NCBI GenBank assembly: GCA_002317175.1
Contig: DCJA01000036.1
Location: forward strand, 99,242 to 163,241
Length of the DNA stretch: 64,000 nt
Reading direction: 5' to 3'
Origin: Lachnospiraceae bacterium UBA1712
Lineage (GTDB): Bacteria > Bacillota > Clostridia > Lachnospirales > Lachnospiraceae
Position numbers and translations under genes: made by a program. Below are positions 8,781 to 18,015 of this stretch, one piece after another. Every line of letters starts with the position of its first letter. The first letter of the stretch is position 1. A model generated the notes under the pieces. That model had not been told where the DNA came from, searched no databases, and saw only the letters and a list, made by a program, of their open reading frames with translations.

Positions 8781-10019
8781 ATGCCATCCCTGCAAATTGG
8801 TTCAAGAACATTTAGAGATATAGATTCATATAATAGTGCCAAAAGAGATTACATTAAAATTGAAGAATTGAGAGCTTCTTATGACTTGACCAGTATTGAA
8901 TCGGTAAGAAAGCTCATTGGCAATATTGAAGCAAAAAAGATTCATTTTGATAGTCTGCTTGGAGAGGATTTCCTGGAAGAACTTGAGGAACTTCTAAAAC
9001 AGCTTGAATCTGAAATCGATAATAATACAAGCAGTAGACGTCGATTGTCTAAAAAAGTAATGAGTGATAGAGAAAGTGCTCTGAATATAAGTACTGATAG
9101 ATCTGCAACCAATGAAAAGGATGTAAGACGAGGACATTATAAAGATAAAGGCCCAGAAAAAGGACTGGATCGTAAAACGGATGATGCTATAGGCGAAGCT
9201 GATGAACAGCTACAGTTAGAAATTAAGCGTCAGCTGAAGAAAAAAGAAGCTAGAAGAAAACTGACTCTTGCCATACTGGCTTTGGTAGCCATGGCCTGTA
9301 TATCCTATCTGATTTTCTATTACTTTATGTATTTGAAAAATGATGTTCAGTATAATGAACTGTCTTCTCTGGTAAAAGAGAAGACAATTGGAGAAGAACA
9401 ATACAGCGTGAATATTATCCGAGAGGATGATTCAACGCCTCCAATCCTGAAAAAATATGAAACCATATATCAGAAGAACAAGAAAATTGTAGGCTGGTTA
9501 AAGATTGAAGGTACGAATATTGATTATCCAGTAATGCAGACTGTTAATAATGAATATTATCTGGATCATAACTACAACCAGGAATACGATAAAAATGGCT
9601 CGATTTTTCTTGATAAGGACTGCGACGCAGCCCATCCTGGAGACAATATGATAATATATGGTCATCATATGAAGTCTGGCAAGATGTTTGGTAACCTTAA
9701 TCTGTATTCAAGAGAGGATTACTATAAAGAACACCCGTCCATAAGCTTCGATACTATATATGAGGAGGGCACATATGATGTTATGTATGTGTTCAGGTCG
9801 AAAATATATAGTGAAGAAGAAATAGTATTTAAGTATTACAAATTTATAAATGCAACCAGTGAAGCTGAGTTTGATTCCAATATGGAAGAAATGGAGAAGT
9901 TATCTCTTTATGATACCGGAATCAGAGCAAAATATGGAGATAAACTAATTACTTTATCTACCTGTGACAGTTCAGAATCAAATGGAAGATTTGTTGTTGT
10001 TGCTAAAAAAGCAAAATGA
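8781..10019 (+). CDS. srtB: Class B sortase with long N-terminal extension
   Basis: Motifs GWLKIEGTNIDYPVMQ, IYGHHMKSGKMFG, catalytic TLSTC and GRFVVVA. The single TM lies at about aa 161-183. Confidence 0.9.
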   Translation: MPSLQIGSRTFRDIDSYNSAKRDYIKIEELRASYDLTSIESVRKLIGNIEAKKIHFDSLLGEDFLEELEELLKQLESEIDNNTSSRRRLSKKVMSDRESALNISTDRSATNEKDVRRGHYKDKGPEKGLDRKTDDAIGEADEQLQLEIKRQLKKKEARRKLTLAILALVAMACISYLIFYYFMYLKNDVQYNELSSLVKEKTIGEEQYSVNIIREDDSTPPILKKYETIYQKNKKIVGWLKIEGTNIDYPVMQTVNNEYYLDHNYNQEYDKNGSIFLDKDCDAAHPGDNMIIYGHHMKSGKMFGNLNLYSREDYYKEHPSISFDTIYEEGTYDVMYVFRSKIYSEEEIVFKYYKFINATSEAEFDSNMEEMEKLSLYDTGIRAKYGDKLITLSTCDSSESNGRFVVVAKKAK

Positions 10020-10023
10020 TTAT

Positions 10024-10050
10024 AAGGATCTGCTTAGGCAGGTCCTTTTT
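10024..10050 (+). terminator. Rho-independent terminator
   Basis: AAGGATCTGC-loop-GCAGGTCCTT hairpin with T run after the sortase stop. Confidence 0.8.
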
Positions 10051-10222
10051 GTATACCATATATTGAAAAGGAACTTGATTATTTCGCTATATATAGTAAA
10101 ATGAAAATGGTATGTAATGGAAAATAGGATAAATGCGTCATTTTGCTTATCTTTTGTTACCAAACGACCGATATATACCTAAATGCGATTACTTTTATTA
10201 ATATTATTTCAGGGAGAAATAT

Positions 10223-13200
10223 ATGAATAAAACTTCAAATAAAACTTCAAAGAGAAGATTAAAGAAATCAATAAGGAGAACTTTTGGCGGAATTTTCCTG
10301 GCTTCTGCTATTATTACAGCGGCAATTCCCTTTCCAGAAGCAAGGGCTTATGATCCTGCTACAGCAGCTATACCTGCATATGATGTGAGCTCAGCTGATT
10401 ATAAGACTTCAAAGTCAGATTATCCTGATTTGGATTTTGATTCAGATACTGATTTTTCATCAATGGCTACAGGAAGTACTAGAAAAGCGCTTATTATGTC
10501 ACGTACATCAGTAGGTAGCTGGCAGATGGACTGGCAGTATGAGTACTGGCTGGCATCTGAAGGAGCTAATGGTTATATTACAAGCTACAACTCACAGTAT
10601 TCTGTTGAGGATATTAAGCTTGAAAGCCGTGTTTATTCTGATTTTGTATATCTGACACAGGCCGATATTGAGGATTTTTATAATAAAGATACTCAGTATG
10701 TTGATATTACTATACATCATGGGGACAATGTGCCTGCAGCTGGAGATACAAAATCGGTAAGAAGTTTGAAGTATAAATATACGCTGTCTGATGAGTATGA
10801 TCCATCAAGAGAGGAAGATATCTGGCTTTTTAATAATTTCCCTGAATTATTGTCTGCTTACAGAACTGCATATACAAACTATGTCAATAATATAGATCCA
10901 GTTACTAATCAGCCATCAGTTGATTATCCAAAGCCTGATCCTCTATCTAAATCTGTAGGTGATAAGTATCCAAGTGATAAGGAAAGAGTGCAATTTCTGT
11001 GCGAGAGCGTGTTTGGTGATGGTACTCCTGAAACACAGCTTATTACAGTTGATAAGAGAAAGTACAATGATGACGGTACCATTCAGTGGGAAAAGGTTCT
11101 TGTTCCTAATATAGGTATGAGACCGGATATTGGTACTATATCGATTGGTGGTCATAGTTATTATGTTGATATGGATTATTTCCTCTGCGATACTTTTGCA
11201 ACAATTGTTGGTGTTGGAAAGGATGCTTTTAAGAGTGTAAGTAATGTTAAGACTCTTGAGATGGCAAAGGAAATATCATTTATTGGAGATAGTGCATTTG
11301 AAGACAGCTTCCTGTCTACAGTTGCGCTTTCAAGTGATGCAAAGATTGGTAACAGAGCTTTTTATAACTGTACAAAACTTTCAAGCGTAGATATGCCTGA
11401 AGGTATCAGACGAGTAGGAGCTGAAGCGTTCTATGGTTGTCCGCTGAAGGAAGTTACAATTCCAGATTCCTGCACATATATTGGACCTGGAGCTTTCGCT
11501 AAAAGTGGTAACCTTGCAAAGGTTGAATTTGCAAGTAATGGTTCTACAAATGAGAAGACAATAGGTAAGTATGCATTTTATGACGATTTAGCTCTTAATG
11601 AAGTTAATTTTAATGCCACCTATATAACAAGTATTGGTGATGCTGCTTTTGCCGTTAACAACTCTGAGACTGGAAATATGACAAGATTTGTATTCCCATC
11701 TTATATTGGAAAAACTGGTAATGTGACAAATATCGGAGCATATTGCCTTGCGGGAAGAGACAATCTTGATTATGTTAAGATTCCAGACAATCTTGACGGT
11801 AATCTTGATGATACTATTTTCTATCTTTGTACTGGACTTGAATGTGTTGAGTTTGGCGATTCCTGCTACAACATGACCTATAACAGTTCTACGGATGGAG
11901 CTTCTAACGATATAAATACTATGTTTTATACCGTTGCCAACAAGAATTTCTATGTAAAAGGTCCTAAATCAAATGCTGCGGGAAGACCAGCTTCTCCAAG
12001 AACCTCTACATGGACTGCACTGTATGATTATGCAGCTACAGGTGACGTTGGAAGACATGTTCCATATGTATACACAGAGGATGGAAAAGATTACTATGAA
12101 GTATCTGATGGCAATTATCTGATGGTTATTGAGAAGGATACAGGAGAACTTATCTCATGTACTTTCCCAGCTGATAAAGCACCAACAGATATAGATGTGT
12201 TTACTATTCCTGCAGTTGTAGGTATTACCAATGTTACAGGTATCAAAGATGGATGCTTTGTAGGCGACACGACCAATGTTGGCGTTCTTAATTACATTCA
12301 GAATCTTGTGATAGAAGATGGAAGCAGTATCAAAAATCTTGATGATAATATCTTTAAGGATGCAGCAAAGCTTGAGACTGTGTATGTTGGTGATAGTGTA
12401 GAAACTATAGGAAATGGAGCATTTGAAAACTGTAAGAATCTTAGTGAGGTTACAGTGGCTGAGAACATTAGTAAGATTGGCGATAATGCCTTCCAGAACT
12501 GTCCAAAGTTAGAGAATATTACTTTTGAAACTCCTTCGGATTATACTAAATTTGCAGAGGGCAATATTGGAACTAATGCCTTCAACACAGGTGGAGTTAA
12601 GCTTACGATTCATGGTGAAATTGTAAAGGGATATGCTCCTTTTGAATGGGCTACAGATAAGAATAACTATGCTAATAAGAATCAGAGCATTAGAACTCTG
12701 TACAAGAGCCCATTACCATCTGATCTTAGTGTGATTCTTGATAACCAGAATGAGATGGTTACTCTTGTTGATTATCCTCATTACGAATATCTCGACAGAA
12801 TCGCCTACGATAGCAATAGTGATAAGCTGGTTGAGCTTAGTAAGGCGCCGGTTGCAGGTGATGAGTATTATGGCAAAACAATAGAGGACAAGATAAACAA
12901 TGGTGATTCCCTGAACTATTGGGAGGAGACCATGGTACTTAATTGTTCAAATCTTGTAATCCCAGAGGGAGTTGAGTCTATTGATGCCAAGGGCTTCTTT
13001 AATGATTCAAGCCAGAATCCGGAAGGCGTTACATCATACTCTAATAAAGCGTCAGCTACTGCTTATTTTAATAAGAATATGACTCCATATAATACCTATG
13101 CGGCTGAAGGTCTGTTCAGAGGCTTTTATGGTGATGTTACAGGTACTGATGGACCAAGAGAGTATGCTTCTGGTGATAGTAAAGAAGTTGAAGACCGAGG

Positions 13201-15103
13201 AAATGACAGACTTGAAAGTGTAGTTATGTATGATGTCAAGTATTTGCCAGATAATGCCTTTGAAAGCTGCGAGAATCTCGAAACAGCATATTTGGGCGAC
13301 GATATGGTGGATGTTGGACTTAGACCATTTGCAGGCTGCGCTAAAATGTCTTCTGTTGCTTTTGGCAATGATAAATTTGTATGTAATAACGGTATTATCT
13401 ATAAGAATAACAGCGATGGAAGCAAGACTATTGTTGAAGGTCTTGAGTCAAGAGGAAAGATTGTTGGAGGTCCAACCCTCAATGTTAACAATGACCCGGA
13501 TTTAGTAAGTGTTTCTGCTATTGAAAAGGGAGCATTTATAAATAATACAGGACTTAATGCAGCTGACTTTACTGGTGTGTCTACACTTGAAGAGATACCT
13601 GATGAATGCTTTAAGGGATGTGAGAATCTTACAGAGATAGACTTGCCTAAGAATGTAGCAGAGATCGGAGAACAGGCTTTTGCTGATACAGGTGATTATA
13701 CAAAGGTTACAGTAAGAAACAAGAACTTATATCTTGGAGATGACTCCAATGGTCCTGTGGGAGACAAGATTAAAACTGCATATTATGTTGCAAATGAGGA
13801 TGCTCCTTCAAGAAGAACAGCGAAGAAACAGGGATATAATGTTGATCAGACTCTCGATGAAGTATGGACATTAAAGTTCTATGATGAAACAGGTAAGGAC
13901 CTTCTTTATACTGAATATGTTAATGATGGTAAAAATGCAGATGGACCAGAAGAAGACAAAATCCCTACTAAGGATGGATATACATTTGTAGGATGGAATC
14001 AGTCGCTTAAGAATATAACTTCTGATGGTTTCAGATTGGCAGTTTATGAGCCAATTAGTTCTAACTCTACTACACCGGGAACAACACCGGGTACTCCAGC
14101 AGGAACAACACCAGGTACTCCGGCAGGAACAACACCAGGAACTACAGCAGGAACAACACCGGGAACTTCAGCAGGAACAACACCGGGAACTGCTGCAGGA
14201 ACAACACCAGGTACTTCTAATGATAATGTTAAGAAATATAAGCTCAATGTAATCTATGGATCAGGTTCTGGTGATTATGCTGCTGATACAACAGTAATTA
14301 TTGAAGCTATTGATGCACCTGCAGGTAAGGTGTTTGATAAATGGGTTACTTCAGGGACAACTGCTACAATTTACAGTACTACTTCAAAGGCTACAACTCT
14401 TAAGATGCCAGCAGGAGAGTGCACTGTAACAGCAACTTATAAGGATGGTACTGCAGATCCTTCGAAGACCAGTACAAGTGTAGGTAATAGAAACGGAAGC
14501 ACAAACTCAAGTACTATTCCTGGTAATAATGGAACAGTTGTAAATATAACAAAGCCAGGTATTTCCAATGTGGATAAGGCTTATGCATCTGTAAGCGGAT
14601 CAACCGATAACTTTATCGTTAAGGTTAGTGAAAGTTCAGATGCTGCCAATGCAGTAGCAACTGCTTTGTCTCAAAAGTACGGAGATATGTCTCCAATCAA
14701 ATACTTCGCTATGGATATTTCACTTTATGATGCAACAGGAACCAATAAGGTTGCAACAACAGAGGGATTATCTGTAAATATTACAATGCCAATTCCTGAT
14801 GCATTGGCAAGTTATGCTGGAAATAACAGAGTTGGTGCTGTTAGTGGTACTACACTTGAGGATTTACCTTGTAAGTTTGTAACTGTTGATGGAGTTCCAT
14901 GTGTAAGTTTTACAGCTACACATTTTTCTCCTTATACTATCTACGTTGATACAAGCAATCTTACTTATGGAACTATAGATTCTACACCAAAGACAGGTGA
15001 TGGTATTCATCCTAAGTGGTTTGTGTCAATTGCGCTATTCTGTTGTTCGATGATTCTTTTCTTGAAGAAAGATAAGAATGTTAAAAAGGTTAAAACTGCT
15101 TAA
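10223..15103 (+). CDS. Large cell-wall-anchored BspA-type leucine-rich repeat (LRR_5) surface protein
   Basis: Signal peptide ending ARA, many IGxxAFxxCxxL repeats, InlB B-repeat-like segments (PTKDGYTFVGWN; GKVFDKW), a G/T/P linker, and C-terminal TPKTGD + hydrophobic stretch + Lys tail. Confidence 0.85.
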   Translation: MNKTSNKTSKRRLKKSIRRTFGGIFLASAIITAAIPFPEARAYDPATAAIPAYDVSSADYKTSKSDYPDLDFDSDTDFSSMATGSTRKALIMSRTSVGSWQMDWQYEYWLASEGANGYITSYNSQYSVEDIKLESRVYSDFVYLTQADIEDFYNKDTQYVDITIHHGDNVPAAGDTKSVRSLKYKYTLSDEYDPSREEDIWLFNNFPELLSAYRTAYTNYVNNIDPVTNQPSVDYPKPDPLSKSVGDKYPSDKERVQFLCESVFGDGTPETQLITVDKRKYNDDGTIQWEKVLVPNIGMRPDIGTISIGGHSYYVDMDYFLCDTFATIVGVGKDAFKSVSNVKTLEMAKEISFIGDSAFEDSFLSTVALSSDAKIGNRAFYNCTKLSSVDMPEGIRRVGAEAFYGCPLKEVTIPDSCTYIGPGAFAKSGNLAKVEFASNGSTNEKTIGKYAFYDDLALNEVNFNATYITSIGDAAFAVNNSETGNMTRFVFPSYIGKTGNVTNIGAYCLAGRDNLDYVKIPDNLDGNLDDTIFYLCTGLECVEFGDSCYNMTYNSSTDGASNDINTMFYTVANKNFYVKGPKSNAAGRPASPRTSTWTALYDYAATGDVGRHVPYVYTEDGKDYYEVSDGNYLMVIEKDTGELISCTFPADKAPTDIDVFTIPAVVGITNVTGIKDGCFVGDTTNVGVLNYIQNLVIEDGSSIKNLDDNIFKDAAKLETVYVGDSVETIGNGAFENCKNLSEVTVAENISKIGDNAFQNCPKLENITFETPSDYTKFAEGNIGTNAFNTGGVKLTIHGEIVKGYAPFEWATDKNNYANKNQSIRTLYKSPLPSDLSVILDNQNEMVTLVDYPHYEYLDRIAYDSNSDKLVELSKAPVAGDEYYGKTIEDKINNGDSLNYWEETMVLNCSNLVIPEGVESIDAKGFFNDSSQNPEGVTSYSNKASATAYFNKNMTPYNTYAAEGLFRGFYGDVTGTDGPREYASGDSKEVEDRGNDRLESVVMYDVKYLPDNAFESCENLETAYLGDDMVDVGLRPFAGCAKMSSVAFGNDKFVCNNGIIYKNNSDGSKTIVEGLESRGKIVGGPTLNVNNDPDLVSVSAIEKGAFINNTGLNAADFTGVSTLEEIPDECFKGCENLTEIDLPKNVAEIGEQAFADTGDYTKVTVRNKNLYLGDDSNGPVGDKIKTAYYVANEDAPSRRTAKKQGYNVDQTLDEVWTLKFYDETGKDLLYTEYVNDGKNADGPEEDKIPTKDGYTFVGWNQSLKNITSDGFRLAVYEPISSNSTTPGTTPGTPAGTTPGTPAGTTPGTTAGTTPGTSAGTTPGTAAGTTPGTSNDNVKKYKLNVIYGSGSGDYAADTTVIIEAIDAPAGKVFDKWVTSGTTATIYSTTSKATTLKMPAGECTVTATYKDGTADPSKTSTSVGNRNGSTNSSTIPGNNGTVVNITKPGISNVDKAYASVSGSTDNFIVKVSESSDAANAVATALSQKYGDMSPIKYFAMDISLYDATGTNKVATTEGLSVNITMPIPDALASYAGNNRVGAVSGTTLEDLPCKFVTVDGVPCVSFTATHFSPYTIYVDTSNLTYGTIDSTPKTGDGIHPKWFVSIALFCCSMILFLKKDKNVKKVKTA
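14078..14218 (+). repeat. Intragenic 24-bp tandem repeat (GTTPGTxA, 5 full units plus 1 partial)
   Basis: Units GGAACAACACC(A/G)GG(T/A)ACTnCnGCA start at 14078, 14102, 14126, 14150, 14174 and 14198. Confidence 0.95.
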
Positions 15104-15114
15104 GGTAATATAAG

Positions 15115-17946
15115 ATGGCAAGAATAATCCGAAGATTAATCGGAGCACTGTGTATTATCACGGCATTGATTCTGACACAGATACCTGCACGATTAACTCA
15201 GGCAGCATCAACTGCAAAAGAAGATTTCTTATTAGACAATGATACATTGGTTAAGTATACAGGCACGGCAACTACCGTGTCTGTTTCTGATGATATCAAA
15301 TATATTGGTGAAGAAGCTTTCGCAAACAATCAGTACCTGGGAGTTGTCAACTTCGGTAAAAATGTTAAGGAAATTAGACATGGAGCCTTTGCAAACTGTG
15401 GATATCTGAATTATGTAGTTATACCTGACAGTGTGGTAAAAGTGGATTCTGCTGCTTTTAGTGCCTGCTCAAATCTTAAAAATGTTTCAATAGGAGATAA
15501 TGTTGAATCTTTTGGAGGTGGTGTATTTGCGGCTTGTAAGAATCTGGCTGGAATCAGTGTTTCCAAGAATAATAAAAATCTGAAGTTTGAAGCAGGTGTT
15601 TTATATGACAATAATAAAGAACATATTTATGCATATCTGACTGCAAATCCTTATGAAATATATTATATGCCTAATTCTGTAAAGAATATCAGTCCATATA
15701 GTTTCTGGGGAAATGAGGATCTGGAAGAAGTATATCTAAGTAGTTATCTTGAGAATATTCCTGCATACTCATTTTCTAACTGCAGAGACCTTAAATATGT
15801 ACAGATTCCATACAGCGTAGACAGTATAGATGCCAAGGCTTTTGAAAACTGTGTTTCACTTACAGATGTATCTATTCCTGCTTCTGTAAAATACATTGAT
15901 CCAACTGCCTTTGATGGGTGTACAAATCTTAATATTATTGCTGATGAAGGAACAGCTGCTTATGAGTTCTTTAAGTCCTTTAATAAGTCGGATGTTGCAA
16001 ATGCAGAGAGTCAGGATGTTAAGAATCTGGTAAAGACTATTGGAAGTAACACTAAAAATGATAATTCAGAGGATAGCAGTTCTAACAGTTCAAATTCTAA
16101 CAGTACGAATAATGGATACATTGATGCCAGTCAGGATCCAAGTAATGTTGACTGGATGCCAAGTGTCAATCCTTTGCTCAATTCTGATGATTCATCGGTG
16201 TTTGGGAAAACTATTATAGTTGATGGAAGAGCAGTATTATTTGTCAATCGTGAGCTGGAAGTAAATCAGATTAGTAATGAAGAGTTGCAAAAGCAGCTTG
16301 AAGAATCCGCTGAAACAGCTAATGATGACGGTTCGGAATCTGTTATCTATGATTCTGGTAAGGGCGGATATCTTCCAAAGTATACATATATAGATGGCAA
16401 TATTGCTTCGCAGGCATATTATGCTTCTGATAATGAAGAGGATTTTATAATTCCATCTTCTGCAAAGAAAATAGGTAGATTCAGTTTTGCCAGAAGCTCA
16501 GTTAAAACAATAGTAATCCCTGAAGGAGTAGAGACTATTTCATATGGAGCTTTTTATCACTGTGATAATCTTGAAAGTGTAAGTATTCCTTCGACTGTAA
16601 AAACTATTGAGGCTTACGCATTTGAGAATACTCCTTTTAAAGCGAAATACAGCTCTGATACTTCTTCGGACAAGTTTTATATAGTGGGTGATGGAATACT
16701 TCTTGGCTATAGTGCTACTGAAAAAAATGTTGTTATTCCTGAGGGGGTAAAGACTATCAGCGCTGGCTGCTTTGAAGATAACAGTACTATTGAAAGTGTT
16801 CTTTTGCCTTCAAGTCTTAAATGTATAGATTCAGATGCTTTTAGAAACTGCAAATCACTTAGTCTTGTCACTGGCGGTGCAAATGTTGAGAAGATTGCTG
16901 ACAGAGCATTTATGAACTGCCCTGTATCAAGCTATAACATTCCTGCAAGCGTAAAATATGTTGGATTGAGAGCTCTTGATTTTAGTGATACTGGATTGGA
17001 TGATAACAGAAAGGTAATCGTTTTTGAGGGAGATAACATACCTGTGTTGTCCTATGATTCTACTTCTTCGAGACTTGCTAATGCGGAGTACAGAAAAGAT
17101 GCTTTATACAATGTTTTGTATGCAGTAGTAAAGGATGGTATTTCTGATTTTGAGAATACTATTCTTGATGATGATAGTCTAGGCTTTTCAGGAGTTATTC
17201 TAAACCTTGATAAGGACGAACAGGGCAATGAGACTGGTAAAGCTTCTGTAGTAAAGAACTATATTTACAGCCAGGAAGTTCTTGATAAACTGCCCAATAA
17301 TATTATCGTGAATGGTAATGAGTATATAATAGATGGCAAGGAAGATATTGTGCTTGCAACTAATCCTTATGAAACTGTTGAAGCTAAGAAGGAATTAACA
17401 GTAGAATCTTCTATAGCAGGAGTGTCAGCATATCTATCTAATAAGGAACAGTGCAGAAAGCTTACAATAGAAGAAAGCGAACAGGCAAAGGATTGTCTTA
17501 ATAGTGCATATTCATTGTTGTTTGGAAATAGATTGGATAATCTTAGAGGCTATGATATAAGTCTTTATGATGAAAAAGGACTAATAAAGATCGATAGATT
17601 AGGTAAGAGCAGTCTCTATGTAACAATTCCTGTAGATTCTTCAAACGGCAAATATCACGTTATTTCCATGGATGAAGATGGACAGCTCGAAGAGATTGGC
17701 GCCAGCTACAATGATGAGGACAAAACGATAACTTTTGAAACTGGTCATTTATCATATTTTGGTATATATTCCACAGAAGATGAGAATGTTGTTCTTAATT
17801 TAAAGGATGGTAAACTGGTAAAGGATTACAGGCTTGATACTTCACCAGACACAGGCGATAAATCGCTTCCAATATATTATGTCGCAAGTCTTGCGCTTGT
17901 ATGTATTGGACTTATATTAATTCTAATTAAGAAGAAAAATGCATAA
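15115..17946 (+). CDS. Cell-wall-anchored BspA-type LRR surface protein
   Basis: Signal peptide ending TQA, two blocks of IPxxVxxIxxxAFxxC repeats separated by an S/N-rich linker, and C-terminal SPDTGD + TM + KKK. Confidence 0.85.
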   Translation: MARIIRRLIGALCIITALILTQIPARLTQAASTAKEDFLLDNDTLVKYTGTATTVSVSDDIKYIGEEAFANNQYLGVVNFGKNVKEIRHGAFANCGYLNYVVIPDSVVKVDSAAFSACSNLKNVSIGDNVESFGGGVFAACKNLAGISVSKNNKNLKFEAGVLYDNNKEHIYAYLTANPYEIYYMPNSVKNISPYSFWGNEDLEEVYLSSYLENIPAYSFSNCRDLKYVQIPYSVDSIDAKAFENCVSLTDVSIPASVKYIDPTAFDGCTNLNIIADEGTAAYEFFKSFNKSDVANAESQDVKNLVKTIGSNTKNDNSEDSSSNSSNSNSTNNGYIDASQDPSNVDWMPSVNPLLNSDDSSVFGKTIIVDGRAVLFVNRELEVNQISNEELQKQLEESAETANDDGSESVIYDSGKGGYLPKYTYIDGNIASQAYYASDNEEDFIIPSSAKKIGRFSFARSSVKTIVIPEGVETISYGAFYHCDNLESVSIPSTVKTIEAYAFENTPFKAKYSSDTSSDKFYIVGDGILLGYSATEKNVVIPEGVKTISAGCFEDNSTIESVLLPSSLKCIDSDAFRNCKSLSLVTGGANVEKIADRAFMNCPVSSYNIPASVKYVGLRALDFSDTGLDDNRKVIVFEGDNIPVLSYDSTSSRLANAEYRKDALYNVLYAVVKDGISDFENTILDDDSLGFSGVILNLDKDEQGNETGKASVVKNYIYSQEVLDKLPNNIIVNGNEYIIDGKEDIVLATNPYETVEAKKELTVESSIAGVSAYLSNKEQCRKLTIEESEQAKDCLNSAYSLLFGNRLDNLRGYDISLYDEKGLIKIDRLGKSSLYVTIPVDSSNGKYHVISMDEDGQLEEIGASYNDEDKTITFETGHLSYFGIYSTEDENVVLNLKDGKLVKDYRLDTSPDTGDKSLPIYYVASLALVCIGLILILIKKKNA

Positions 17947-17956
17947 TTATAGTAAC

Positions 17957-17995
17957 TTGACATAGCTCGTATAATTGTATACAATTATACGAGCT
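17957..17995 (+). promoter_or_regulatory. SigA promoter overlapped by a perfect 32-bp palindrome (candidate GntR operator)
   Basis: TTGACA (17957)-17 bp-TACAAT (17980). Palindrome AGCTCGTATAATTGTA|TACAATTATACGAGCT at 17964-17995 with core TTGTATACAA. Confidence 0.75.
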
Positions 17996-18015
17996 TATTT
18001 AATTAAGGAGATGCA

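Noticed and set aside
14078-14218. Possible CRISPR array
   Set aside because: The repeats are contiguous and in frame, with no unique spacers and no cas genes.
14025-14252. Q/E/H-rich 75-aa ORF and antisense VVPGV ORF
   Set aside because: Both are alternative-frame readings of the 24-bp repeat inside the LRR gene, with no RBS.
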